This document shows positions 38,101 to 52,056 of a stretch of 64,000 bases of DNA, one piece after another. A model generated the notes under the pieces. It was given only the letters and a program-made list of their open reading frames with translations, was not told where the DNA came from and made no database searches. Each line of letters starts with the position of its first letter. The first letter of the stretch is position 1. The position numbers and the translations under genes were made by a program. The stretch comes from Tubulanus polymorphus (Eukaryota > Animalia > Nemertea), in the NCBI RefSeq assembly GCF_964204645.1, contig NC_134032.1:7428275-7492274 (forward strand). The letters are read 5' to 3'.

Positions 38101-41100
38101 TCCACTAGGTGGCCGTAGCGATGTAGCTGATCCCCCAATGAAAGAGTATGTCCAACATGGCGATGAATAACATCTTATTTTTGATTTTGCCTTGCTGAAT
38201 GAACTTCGCGAAAACATTCCAATTCAAACGCTTTAGAAACTTTCTCCTCCCAAATCTCCGGTTACAAATTAAGTAAATTTCATTAAAGACGGTTTTATAT
38301 ATACATTTTCGTATATAGATCCCTGCTGTAGTATATTGTGTCATGCATATAGTGTAAATATACCTGTTATGTTTTGGAGATGAATTACATTTTCTTTTTG
38401 ATTTTGCCCTGCTGAATGAACTTAACGAGTAGAAACTATTTTCTGGTGGAACCTCACATTTCCAGTTACAAATGTAACATTGTGAACAACAGTATCTGTA
38501 TGCATAATGTTGTAAATAACCTTGTTATGTTTTTAGAAGTCCGTTGTTTGTCTCCGTTGTAAACAAACTCACTTTTCCCTTCACATACCAAAGTGGTAAG
38601 AGAGCAGCGAAAATTATCTAATTTTTTCTAAACCCCATCGAGGCCCTATTCCAGAGATTATCTGATTTTTTCTCCTGCCTGACTTAAGGACTCATCAACA
38701 GTTTAGGTTTCATGCCCGACACTAGAAGGCCCCCAGTTCACTGCCAGTCAACTATAACTCGGCCGGGGTCACCAGTACACCTACTTTTGTTCCTATGCAT
38801 ATTGTATTTTTGTCGAATAAAAGAAATCCTATATCACCTGTCTACGAACCCTGACTCGCGTGAGCAGTATAAAAACCGCTGAAATCTCAAAATCAATTCA
38901 AGAATATTCGACGACAGCGATGAAAAGTTCAACGCATTTTCTCTAAATCATAAATACATTCAAACAAAGCGATCATTTTTTATTTGTGAGTCAATAACAA
39001 CACGGGCCTGCATAGCATTCTTGGCGTTTGAAGTCGCCAGGATCCAATTCCCCACTTGTGATTTAGGGTTGACTAAATTCAAGATCGAGTTTCACAGATG
39101 TGAGTTAGAGTTAAATCAGTTTATTTTGGATGAGTTAATTATAAGTCAAATCGTAACTTAAAACAGCTGTATTCGTCAATTTTTGAATTGAGTTTTTGGA
39201 CAAATCCAACTACCCAACATCTAAACAAACTTTTCAACTTAAAACACATTAACAAAAAAACACTAATTAATTTGTATCAATTCATTAAAATTTGTACCCG
39301 CATCTATTCTGTTCCCTTTCTATATCTTATATTCTAAACCTAACGACTTCGTGTCTATGCTGCAACAAAATGAACCTTCTATACTATAATCCTACTGTAC
39401 CGCATTTAACTCTGTACTTGAATGTACTTGTAATTGTTCAATGCAATTTTTCTGTCAACAACAAAATAAAATGAACGAATGAATCATCTATAGGCACTAT
39501 TTCAGGCAGGAGCATATCTAGGGGGATCCTCTCAAATCTAATCTTTAAATCTGTGCGTATAGTTGCTCATTCGTGACGTAGTTCTTCGCCCAATAAAGAT
39601 TTCTCGGGTGAAATCGTCCGCTTGATCCTGGGAAAATTCGATCGAAATATTGAAGATTGCCTACATCGATGATTTATCGCGTGACCCATCGAAATGAAAG
39701 TGCCTGTTTGAAAAATGAAATATTCAAATAACACGTTCGGTGCGGTATATTCATTATGAAAACCTCTTCGAATCGAAATGAAAACAGGTTTGACCCGACA
39801 CGTTAATCTTTTATCGGTTAGAACTATCGAACTCATATCATATCGGGTTTGACTACGTAACGTTTACATCAGATAAACCTATTTCTTTTCGAATATATCT
39901 ATTTAGCTATCGTATCATTTCGTACATAAAGAAGAAAGATACCCACAGGTTTACAAGAAAAAAAACAACCAAAAATATTACATTACAAATAAATTATTAA
40001 AAAAAAAACAAACCGGATAACATAATCGTTTTACAAACAATACAAGAACACAAAAAATTCGCTATTACAATTACATTGATGGAAAGCTGATCTTTCCCTC
40101 AAATTGTAGACAAAATGAAGTTAGTAGTTCCGGGAGAGTTGCTAAAATCGGGAGATGACTTTTATAGGCTATTTTTCGAAACGTTGAATAAACTACTTGT
40201 TCAAGACTAACATTGTGTCTTTTAGTTTTCGACTTAATGAATAATCTTTTTTTAAATCTTTCAAATTTGTATAGTGTGCTTTAATGTCTAAATCGTATTG
40301 TCTATTCTCCGCGTCTGAGTGTACCGGCTATTCTAATAAACATTGGCGTGTCTATGGTCTCTATTTATTTCTAGTTGCGCTTCGATGAGCCTATTCGTCA
40401 ACAAACAAATACACGAAGAAAAGCCGATGAAAGAAAATAGATACTAAAAGAAAGGTTAAAACCAGTTAAGATTATTGAGAAATATCGCCTAACCAGTACA
40501 GTCAGACTTGTGACGAATTTTCAAATATAGAATATTCGTAATAATTAATTTTGCGTTCATTTCGAAACCTTACAATTCTAGCTTAAACTGTTCAAAGACT
40601 TTAGATTTAATGAAAAGTTAGTTAACTCATTTGAAATGAAATAATTTCCACTCGGAGTTAACGCTTAACGCACAACCGTGAAACTGGATCCAGGGTTCAT
40701 AGTTAGCTCTAATTTACGACTGTACCGGGGTAATACCGGATGGACTATGAGTCCATGTTCAGAGTTAACTCTAACAGTGGGACTGCATGAGTGTAGTAGT
40801 GAACTGATATAAATCTCAGAATAGTTAAGAAATAAAAACCCACAGTAGATTTGTAGAAAAAGTTTATTTCCTAACAGTTTCGAATTTAATTCTAAACCGC
40901 ATCCTCAGAGGAACACAGTAGGACTGCATCCTGAGCTCAGAGTAACAATCAAAACCGTAGAACTGGATCCTGAGTTCAGTGTCAACTCAAGCTATCTCAA
41001 AACAGTCGGACTTCAGATTTAACTCACAAGCGAAACTGGATCCTGGTAAACTATGATTCACTACTGTAGAACTGGAGCCTGGGCTCAGAACTCTGATTCA

Positions 41101-41734
41101 CAATTATGGACCCTGTTTCAGAGTTGCAAGGACTCATTCTAACTCAAAGTTAATTCAATGGATATTAACTGAATTTAACTCGGAGTTAACTCAAGCCCAT
41201 CATGTCTGTGAATCAAAGTCTATAGAATCAAGTGACAGCAAAAAGGAATTAAACAAATATAAACCATTTAGGAAATAGGACGAAATTTGATCCAAGCCCG
41301 AAAAATTTACCTACAAATTCATACGTTACCTCAAGTAATTTTCCGACAGCGACGAGTCGTGGTTATAGTTAAAGATTACGCGACCGTTACTTCGCTGTGA
41401 TTTTCTCTCGTCGATTTTGTTTTGTTTTCAAGCGAGAGACGAAATGGAAACACACGCGTCGAGCCCAGATGACCCCGTGCTGGCGTTACATTCAAACACG
41501 AAATGTACATTAATTATCATATTCGTACTTTTGATACAATACTCGAGTATTAAATTGATTGTCGCGAGGTCCTTTAGGGTCATCGCGATCGCTGTTTAAA
41601 GATTGTGATTTCAATTGTGACGCGATAGTCAAATATCAAGTTAGAATATATATTTCGATATAGGCCTAAAAGCCTAAAAGCGGAATTTCAGTCGAGTCAT
41701 TTGAAAAAAACAGGCTTCAGGTTATAGAATAAAA

Positions 41735-42030
41735 TGATCTTAAGTTGTTAGATTGGCTATAGAATCAAAATGAGTTTAGACTGGTCTTAAATTGTGAGAT
41801 TCGTTCTATAACCAATATGAGCTTTGAGTTTTAAGTTGTTAGATTGGCTATAGAATAAAAATGGTGCTTAGGCTGGTCTTAAGTTATTAGATTGGTTATT
41901 GAATCAAAATGAGCTTAGAATGGCCTTTAGTTGTTAGATAGGCTATGCATGGAACCAGCTGCACTTAAGACTGGTCTTAAGTTGTTGCTATAGAACTAAA
42001 ATGAGTTTAGTCCGGTCCTGAATCTAAGCC
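41735..42030. repeat. Array (~6 units) of the same ~47-bp repeat family
   Basis: Best-conserved array of this unit in the window. Confidence 0.85.
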
Positions 42031-45000
42031 ATGACTGGGAGGGTCACATCCAAACCCTCGATTTGTTGTATGTTCACATTATTACATTAATATGATATAA
42101 GGAAACTATAAATGAATGCAGGAACCTGCGCATTGCCAGTTCTATTCGATTCTATTTACTTGTCGTAAAATCGATGTATGATGAAACGGACATTGTATTA
42201 TAGAAACTCTATTGTATCCGACACAATAGAGTTATTTCATTAGAGCGATGATAGATGATATTGTCTCCACACTGTGACCCCAGGAGCGGTGGGGAGAGAG
42301 TGAGAGTTCTTCTGGAGTTCATTGCAACTACCTGTATATTGGCTTAGCTTACGTGGAGCAATCGATGACTATAAAGATATACCATGGCGAGACTGGGCTA
42401 TCTGCTCTCTGGTTGAGAAGGCACAGTTGTCAAGTCGTGATCGACATAAGCCCTTAATGGTCCGAAATCTTAAGACTGGTTTCAAGTTGTTTAGAATATG
42501 TCACGATTGGGCTAAGGATTTGGTTGCTAGATTTGGACGTATAATAAAAATAGTCTTAATTTGTAAGATTGATTATAGAACAAAAATGAGCTTAGACTGG
42601 TCTTAAGTTGTTGGATTTATTATTGAATCACAATGAGAGTTTAAACTGGTCTTAATTCGTTAGAGTGACTAGAGAGTCAAAATGAGCTTAGGCTGTTCTC
42701 ACATTAGAACCAAGGAGGGCTTATAGACTCTTCTTGATTCGTCTAAGAACTTAGATGAGCTTCGACTGATCATAAATTAAAACCAAGCTATGACAATGTG
42801 CGTAAAAATCTCTAGACCCTCACAGCACTTTATAACAAAACCTCGCTAAAGCCCTCTCTCTCTCTCGACTTCGATCATATTACTCAATACAAAAGACGAA
42901 GTATGTATCAATTATTCGTGTAGATTCTTTGTTGCTCTAAGAGCCGTCTTATAAAGCCCTCCCGGACAGTCAGTGGCACGCATTTGAACGCTTAGCGGGG
43001 CTAATTTTCACAGACTTGCTCGTTGTTTTCTCCTTATTATGTCATACATAATTCATTTTTTATGACTACGAAAGTAATTACCCCCAGGCGCTTAATGGTG
43101 GGAATTTTTGTTGTCAATTGTGAGTTTTATATAAGATTTAAATAACCTCTGCCGAAGAGCTCGAACGAGTACGTGATCTAAACCAACATCGGGCTTATAT
43201 CCCTTCCTCGGGTATTTCTTCACCCAAAAAATCGAACCCTTTTCCTAACTCAAACCCCTGAAGGATTATGTGTACGTCGATAGAGAACAAAAGTTGGGTA
43301 AATAACAAATCTATATTGAAAATAACAATCCCTAAATACAGGTATTTCTCCACGGATTTAATTCATTAACCTAACTAAGATATAAGGCCTACTATATACA
43401 CTAGCAACGAAAGGTCATAATTTCTGATAAAATCAGTCAATCTACATACGTAGTAGGCCTTTTACTAATTTACCCGATGAAGCTATACTCTATCCACACC
43501 TGACGATGGCCTCTAAGAGTCCGAAATATATGTTCCTAGCCTGAAATATCGTGTTTGTTGCAAAATCTGAATGTCATCAAATAACGTAAGATCAATATTA
43601 TTGCGATATATTTGTCTGATAAACTGTCGAATCGGAAATGATAAAATTCTTTCGTAGAGACTTCAGACTTCGTTCGGTCGCCTGACGTTTACCTGCCATT
43701 AAATATTTTCAGGTCTCGGTTTAGTCCTAAACCTCTGTTCATAAATGTTTGAAAGAATGCATTCCTTTTGCTGCGGAGACGATTGCGTAAAATCAAACAA
43801 CTCATAGGACCTGGTTAGAATGTGACTCATACGTATTATTGTACGACACTATACATGTATATATACATTCAAACAATCATGTTAACCATATTATCAAATA
43901 TCAACCAAGGACCGAAAGGATTCTGAATTGCAGAACTGAGTCCTGTGTTTGGAACTGGATCGAAACTGAGTTCCGTGAGTCCTGTATACTGTGGAACTAT
44001 GAGTCCAGAACTGTGGAACTGCCTGGGTCTTGAATTCAGAATTCAAAAAGCGAAAGCGAAAGTTATGGATCGGAAAATACATAAGAAAATCAGAAAACGA
44101 TTTTACTTTTGTCCGAGTTAGTCAAAGATCCGAGTTGGCCATGTCCGAGTAAGGCGAGGTCTGCACTCTCAAACTCTTACTCGGCATTTAGCCCAGACAA
44201 TATAGCTCTCCAATATCTCAAACTCTGTAACTTTGTACCCTGATTCGGGGTAGAATTATAGAAGATTCAACTTTTCAACTACGTACTTCCAAGGCACTGT
44301 GTACACCTTTCGACTGACAGCTAGATTTAATGCTTAGGCCTCCGTTCGAAACCCACCACTTACACCTGCCAGGAATGAAACGGGGTTTGATTATGAAATC
44401 GAAAATCGAAGTACAGATATTAGTTGGATGATTGGCCGAATTAACGGAATTATTGTAGCCTTTTTCACAAATTTGGCCCCCACTGGGCTAGAATTTCATC
44501 AGTCACGTTCAATCCAACTTGCGTGCACAGTGAATTTAATATAGTTAAGGCCTATACTGCATGCAATTTATACCAAGCCCAGGGTCCAGATTTATACACT
44601 GGTATCAACTTTAGTCCGGGGTTAAACTCAATTCAATTCACTTTTCAATCGACTTTACCCATGGATTTACACATGAGTTAATAGCAGTGGTGGGTTTGAA
44701 AGGTAAGCCTACACCAAAACAAATCAATTTCATGAACAAAATCGACAACCATCTCTATTTTAAGATTCAATGAGTTCATACCAGCCTGTTAATCGCGGCC
44801 CTATAGGCATAAAAAGATATGCTATAGAAATTACTTTGACTTACTTACTCTGAATAGCCGCCTATCCATCACAGCAAAATACTTCAAGTACTTGAATAAT
44901 TGAATAAAAATACTTCAAGTACTTGAATAATTGAATCTGTATGATATTTTGCGATCGCAGTTACGGTTTTGACGTTTTGATATCCCTAGCGTGTGTCGTT

Positions 45001-46156
45001 TGTATACAACATTAATACGTACCGGTAAACGGGTTCTGACGTAATAATTACAGCGTCGCTGGCGGGGGTTGTTTGTTTATTCCACAACAACAACAGTCCA
45101 AACACATAACTGACTCACGACCGTGAAACTTGATCGTGAATGTCCGATCAAACACTGACAGAGACAAGAACGCCAGAACGCGTCTAACGCGCCAGATAAC
45201 GGTCGTTAGACTAGACCGTCGTGAACCCCTGATAAACTGGTATATATATTAACGTAGACAAGAACTAGGTTTGTTGACAAGTTTACACTTCTAAAGGCAC
45301 TTGTAGCGCTGTATGCAGGTACGTAGACTAGCGCGCGACAGTTCACGGCGGGAGGCCATTTGAAACCACACCGCTCGCGTCAGAATGAAGTCAGCGCAGG
45401 CGTCACCGGGATTTTTCAAGAAGGCGGTCAACTACTTTTAAAATTTCACTACTTAGAACAAGCCTTGGACTAATATAGCCGTTGATAATATCCCTGATTC
45501 CAATTTGCAATTTGTGACTTGAGCTCCATATTGTGCTCAGGATGCGTCCTTTAGTGGGTTTTTTTGGATGGGGACCAACAGATCTGTTGACCAACACACT
45601 GTCCCTTCCCAAAAATGTGAGTCACTGCAGGAGCGGGATCTAGAGGTTTTTTTCAGATGAAATTCCTCTACTTAAGGTTTTTTTTCTTCAAATTTGTCAT
45701 TCGTAAGATGTTTTCCCTGAGGAGGCATTGGCTGTTGTATAGGGCCTACCGGTTACTGTATCCAATTCCACAGTTCTGAGTTGAGATTTAACTCTGAGTA
45801 ACCGCATTGAAGCGAAAATGATCTAACATGAACTCGAGTTAATAGCTCTAACAAACAACTGTGGAACTGGGTCCTCTGTAATGCGCCACGAGACTTATTT
45901 GTCCCAGCCGCTGGGAACAAGGTTTAGGCTAAACCGAGACTCAAGCTAGTGTGAGGTGCATCTTTAAAAATGCTAAAGCCTTGTGTCAATGTAAAATGCT
46001 GTGGCCAATGCCTGCCTATAGGCAATCTGGGCGGACAGCTGGTAGTTTAGCTTACAATTATAACATAAAATGAATTAGTTCAGTGTACGAATTGGTACCG
46101 ACCATACCCACTGGAATAACCAATTCGTTAGGTTTTCTTACGTACCGGTACTAGAT

Positions 46157-46917
46157 CAGGGGCGGATCCAGGGGAATGGGTAGACAGTATTGGAAGGAAA
46201 TTTAAGGGCACCTTTCTGGTCTTAGGGCACACCCAGTATCCAGGTCAATGCGAGCGCCGAAGGCGCGAAGTCCTCAGAGGGAGGTCTGGGAAACGAATTC
46301 GAGACAATATTTCAACAGATGCGGATAAAAAATGAAGCTGGCGAACCCATGAAAGAATGGTTGTCGCCAACTTCGCCTAGTGCCCCTATAATCTTTAAAA
46401 GTGCCCCTTAACATTTATACAGAATACGGCTAAGTGCCCCTTCATTGTTAACAATCGGCAAAAATTGCCTCGTCTTCACATTTATCCTTATGTCGTGTGC
46501 CATCTTCCAAACCAAAAGTGACCCTAAAATTTTAAAAATTAGGCAAAAAAGTGCCCTTTTCTTCAACATTTTCCGCGTATAGTGCCCTCTTCTAAAGTAC
46601 GAGTGCCCCTTTAGCCCTCCCTGAAAAGGCAAGGACAAGGTGCCCTCATCTAAAGCATGAGTGCCCCTTGCAAAAGGAAAGTGCCCTTTTTAATTTATCA
46701 TGATTAAAGGCTTTACAAATATGATTATCTCTCCTCACTTTCTCGGCAGCCGTATATACCGATTAATTTTATAATTATGCCCGGATTACGGACACGGAAT
46801 TAGCGGAACTTGCTGAAATAATGCCGTCAAAAATATTGCCGGTGAAATTTCGAAGGGCACTTAAAAATTCTAGACCGTATTGGGCAATACGGCTAATACG
46901 GTCTGGATCCACCCCTG
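46157..46917. mobile_element. Non-autonomous hAT-like element, 761 bp, 5-bp TSD
   Basis: TIR CAGGGGCGGATCCAG / CTGGATCCACCCCTG (14/15); TAGAT on both flanks; many internal GTGCCC(T/C) motifs. Confidence 0.8.
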
Positions 46918-47739
46918 TAGATCAAAGAGTTCCATAATTATAAACCTAGGAATCAAAAAATTTGAAAGGAAGGACGGAAATCGGGAACAGGAGGGGCCCT
47001 ATGACAACTAGGGCGTCCCTCACACTTCCACCGGCGGCATTTCTGGGAAAGAATTTTATGTCTAAATAGCCATCGTGTAATAATCTGTCGAAATTTGCGG
47101 GATCTTGAAATGTTTGGTTAGACCCTTCAGTCGGAAGCCGGTCGTTTTTCTGCTGGGGCTCTAAGCCTGCTGATTCGAGCGCACAATAAAGGCGAAACTA
47201 TCACGTCATATTAAAATCGATTCTAAGTAAAATCGTATACCGGTATCATCCTGGCAAGTCCTGGCAAATCAAATTTGATTTGGTCTAATTTCTTTATTTA
47301 AACACAGTATCAAATTAATCGATTTATCAAATCATCAACTCACCTTCACAGGTGATCTGATACGATTTGAAGATGGTGGACTCACACATATATTTCGAAA
47401 AAGCTGGTCTAAACCTGAAAAGAGAAACCGATTTATTGACAGAAATCAATGAGACTTGTGATGACCGGTGTTAATTGTGGGATAATTGTATTTTTCGAAA
47501 TGAGGGTGATACACTAAATCTTAAGTAGTCACGTTATAGTCATTTCAAAGTACCGTAGTAATAATCTGATTAATTGTAGGCCCCCCAGATTTACAGAATT
47601 AACATAGTTTTCAATGCCAAAATAATTTTTAACTGATTTCAAACCAAATTCCACATGATTCTATAGTTAGTGTAGAAGATCCAAACGTCAAAGGGCTGTA
47701 AAACGAGTTCAGAAGCGATATGAGAGGGCACAGACAAAC

Positions 47740-48320
47740 TTTAAAACTTCACGTGAAACATTTGAAAGTCCAAAAACAAAGGCCAAGCGGATGCTAGTTT
47801 TGCACAAGAATGTGGTACAAAAACACTTGACTTTTGCATATTGTTTGGAGAACTCGATCCGTACTAAATACCGCGCTATCAAAACTCAACGGGAAAGGTA
47901 ACTTTTGCGGAAAGCATACTGTACTTCATACATCAAGAAATACCGTCTCGTTTCCCATGCTGAGAAGCGCTAACAAGTTTCTCATCATCTTCTACAACCG
48001 GGTGAATTTGAAAGAAAAGGACATCAACATTCAGACATTCAACATTCAGTGATCAACAATCAGACGAGATCGTAAACGCCATTCAGGAATCTTTCTTGAG
48101 GGATGACAATAGCCGCATGTGTCCTGGGAAACGCGATACAGTAACCCACTAAAAAGACAAGAAACAAAAGTGACTGCTGAACGAGTCGATGCTTGATCTG
48201 CACTGCAAATTTCTGTTTGAAAATCCGACATTTAGAATGTCATATCCATTCTTTTGCAAAAACGAACCATTTTAGGTGGTACACCCAAAGGCTTCAGATC
48301 TCAATACATGTAACTGTCGA
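47740..48320 (+). pseudogene. Chapaev-like (CMC) transposase N-terminal relic
   Basis: The frame from 48063 reads DEIVNAIQESFLRDDNSRMCPGKRDTVTH*KDKKQK*LLNESMLDLHCKFLFENPTFRMSYPFFCKNEPF*VVHPKASDLNTCNC, with upstream KSPKTKAKRML. It has three in-frame stops. Confidence 0.7.
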
Positions 48321-48344
48321 AATAGCTTATCTAATGTACTTTTA

Positions 48345-48865
48345 TTTTATCGATCAAAATCTAAATTGGAATCAACATGTTAATTATTTAAATTCTAAAC
48401 TGAATAAAAATTTATTCCTTCTTCGTAATCTCTTACAACCATGGGCTAAGCGTTTAGTTTATAACAGCTACATCCAATCTCATCTAGTTTATGCCTTACA
48501 TACATGGGGACCAATGTTATCTAAATCTCAAACCAACTCTATTTTCAAACTACAGAAAAAAGCTGTAAGATATATTGATAATGCAGGTTTCAATGCTCCG
48601 ACGAATCCTATATTCAAAAAATACAAAATTCTTAAGTTCAATGACCTAATTCAACTTGAAATAGTTAAATTTGGATATAGTTATATTAACAAAAACCTCC
48701 CAAAGCCGATTCTTAACTTCTTCAAATCTAATGACCAACACCATTCATATAATACCAGAAGGAAAAACCTACCTCGTGTTTGTGATCACAAGTCCACCCT
48801 CTACCATAAATCTATTTACGCCCAAGTCCCAATTGTTCGGCAAAACCATTCGAGCATTGCGGATG
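48345..48865 (+). mobile_element. CR1/L2-group (Crack-like) LINE fragment, post-RT region
   Basis: IDQNLNWNQHV..KL..LVYNSYIQSHLVY..WG..LQKKAVRYI..TNPIFKKYKILK..HSYNTR. Confidence 0.85.
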
Positions 48866-48870
48866 GTTAC

Positions 48871-50788
48871 CGTCCCGTGAGAGGACCCGAATCAACACAC
48901 TGTCCCGTGAGAGGACCCGATTTTAAATAATGTCCCGTGAGAGGAGCCGAATCAACTTACTGTCCCGTGAGAGGACCCGATTCAACACACTGTCCTGTGA
49001 GAGGACCCGATTTTAAATAATGTCCCGTGAGAGGACCCTATTTTAAATACTGTCCCGTGAGAGGACCTGGTTCAACACACTCTCCCGTGAGAGGACCCTA
49101 TTTTAAATACTGTCCCGTGAGAGGACCCGATTCAACACACTGTCCCGTGAGAGGGCCCGATTCAACACACTGTCCCGTGAGAGGACCCTATTTTAAATAC
49201 TGTCCCGTGAGAGGACCCGATTCAACACACTGTCCCGTGAGAGGGCCCGATTCAACACACTGTCCCGTGAGAGGACCCTATTTTAAATACTGTCCCGTGA
49301 GAGGACCCGATTTTAAATGCTGTCCCGTGAGAGGACCCGAATCAACTTACTGTCCCGTGAGAGGACCCGGTTCAACACACTGTCCCGTGAGAGGAACCGA
49401 TTTTAAATAATGTCCCGTGAGAGGACCCGATTTTGAATACTGTCCCGTGAGAGGACCCGAATCAACTTACTGTCCCGCGAGAGGACCCGGTTCAACACAC
49501 TGTCCCGTGAGAGGAACCGATTTTAAATACTGTCCCGTGAGAGGACCCGATTCAACACACTCTCCCGTGAGAGGACCCGATTCAACACACTGTCCCGTGA
49601 GAGGACCCGGTTCAACACACTGTCCCGTGAGAGGACCCGGATCAACACACTGTCCCGTGAGAGGACCTGGTTCAACACACTGTCCCGTGAGAGGACCCGA
49701 TTTTAAATACTGTCCCGTGAGAGGACCCGATTCAACACACTGTCCCGTGAGAGGACCCGATTTTAAATACGGTCCCGTGAGAGGACCCGAATCAACTTGC
49801 TGTCCCGTGAGAGGACCCGGTTCAACACACTGTCCCGTGAGAGGAACCGATTCAACTTACTGTCCCGTGAAAAGACCCGATTTTAAATAATGTCCCGTGA
49901 GAGGACCAGGTTCAACACACTGTACCGTGAGAGGACCCGATTTTAAATACTGTCCCGTGAGAGGACCCGAATCAACTTGCTGTCCCGTGAGAGGACCCGG
50001 TTCAACACACTGTCCCGTGAGAGGAACCGATTTTAAATACTGTCCCGTGAGAGGACCCGATTCAACACACTCTCCCGTGAGAGGACCCGATTCAACACAC
50101 TGTCCCGTGAGAGGACCCGGTTCAACACACTGTCCCGTGAGAGGACCCGGATCAACACACTGTCCCGTGAGAGGACCTGGTTCAACACACTGTCCCGTGA
50201 GAGGACCCGATTTTAGATACTGTCCCGTGAGAGGACCCGATTCAACACACTGTCCCGTGAGAGGACCCGATTTTAAATACGGTCCCGTGAGAGGACCCGA
50301 ATCAACTTGCTGTCCCGTGAGAGGACCCGGTTCAACACACTGTCCCGTGAGAGGAACCGATTCAACTTACTGTCCCGTGAAAAGACCCGATTTTAAATAA
50401 TGTCCCGTGAGAGGACCCGATTCAACACACTGTCCCGTGAGAGGACCCGATCTTAAATACTGTCCCGTGAGAGGACCCGATTTTGAATACTGTCCCGTTA
50501 GAGGGCCCGGTTTCAAATAATGTCCCATGAGAGGGCCCGATTCAACACACTGTCCCGTGAGAGGACCCGATTTTAAATACTGTCCCGTGAGAGGACCCAA
50601 ATCAACTTACTGTTGCGTGAAGGAACCCGATTTTAAATACTGCCCCGTGAGAGGACCCACTTTTAAATACTGTCCCGTGAGTGGACCCGAATCAACTTAC
50701 TGTCCCGTGAGAGGACCCGATTCAACACACTGTCCCGTGAGGACCCGATTTTAAATTCTGTCCCGTGAGGGGACCCGGTTCAATTCAC
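48871..50788. repeat. 30-bp minisatellite, about 64 units
   Basis: TGTCCCGTGAGAGGACCCGA plus one of three 10-mers (TTCAACACAC, TTTTAAATAC, ATCAACTTAC). Confidence 0.98.
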
Positions 50789-50867
50789 CGTTCAATTCAA
50801 GTTGGTGAGTGGACCTTTATGACAAATAGTGAATATTGGTGGAATATTTCTCTATTTTGATTTATAG

Positions 50868-51906
50868 GTGTCCGGCGAACGACAGGACCTAGACGACGAC
50901 GTGGACGATGATATTTCAAACGTGAGTCAAAAGTTGTTGCATGAATACTTCAATGTACAATATGAAAAAATGATCGAATATTGAAAAAAATTATTTTACT
51001 GTATGAAATTACAGGTGTCCGCAGAACACGGCTGGCTTAGATTGTATGACGACGTCCTTGATATACAAAATCGCACCGAGGCAGAACAGATTAAAATCAG
51101 TATGAAGTTATCACTCAAAGAGTCACATCTCCGTCAGAGTGCAGAGAAAAGGCTTCAATCTCTAGTTTCCGAATCCAATCTGAATATTGTGTCGGTCGCG
51201 GATGAAAGCTGCTTTTTTGCAGCTGTTGTCGAACAATTGAGGCGAGAAAACGTTGACATAACAGCACATGAGCTACGAGTAATGGCTGTTTGTAAGTAAA
51301 TTAAAAACCCATTCATATATCAAGACAGCACTACAATAACTATTATATACACATATTATGGTTTGCTTCGCAGGATGGGGCTGATAAGGCCGACTTTCTG
51401 GAGTCTCATCTGACATGGCCATTATATCTTAATAAAATGAGACAAAGAACCACCTGGGCCGAAGCTTTAGTTGTCCGTGCCACAGCTGACTGTTTAGGGA
51501 GACCAATGGTACTATATACCAGTTCAGAGCAGTCAAACATCAATATGATAGATCCTGTCGAATGTAAAAATGCTGAACCCATCTTACTAGGGCATATTCA
51601 AGATATTCACTACGTTGCCCTAGTAGAAAGGAGCTATATCCCAAGACGACACGTGTCAGTCGAGAAACAGAGGGTAACCTTGCGGCCTAACCCACGGAAG
51701 ACGGTAAGGTGATAGTATATGCCACCCCTTCTGACTATGTATCTGAAAAATACAGCCATCAAAAGCCTTGTTCATGTCAGCTAAGGGTTAATTAATTGAA
51801 TTTCATAGCGTCAAAGTGACAGTTACCTCTGGGAACCGCAGAAAAAAAGAAGACGGGTTGTCGATAGAGGAATCTACTGCGTTTGCAAGAAACCAGATGA
51901 TGGAAG
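50868..51906 (+). pseudogene. Decayed spliced gene with OTU-type deubiquitinase domain followed by the first half of a PHD finger
   Basis: Exons at about 50868-50921, 51015-~51322, 51374-51703 and ~51823-51906. OTU motifs DESCFFAAV..QL, ELR..AV, W..YL.KM..TWA, ILLGH..IHYVAL. PHD start IYCVCKKPDDG. In-frame stop at 51297 and an apparent frameshift in the A-run near 51845. Confidence 0.7.
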
Positions 51907-52056
51907 GTAAAGCTTAATTATATCATATGATATCAGGCTGTTGTTTTAAGATTCAGTCGTCATTGTCGAAAAAATCTTTTACCTTCACTTTCACTTTCAC
52001 TTACCTTCACTTTCAAAATTTTCTGCATTTGAATTTTACGAAGTATTTGCAATGCG

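Noticed and set aside
49027-50754. CPVRGP-repeat ORFs as real proteins
   Set aside because: They are a by-product of a 30-bp unit, with GTG starts and scattered TAA variants.
48871-50788. CRISPR-like look (20-bp constant part + 10-bp variable part)
   Set aside because: The variable parts are only three recurring related 10-mers, there are no cas genes, and the context is eukaryotic; it is a minisatellite.
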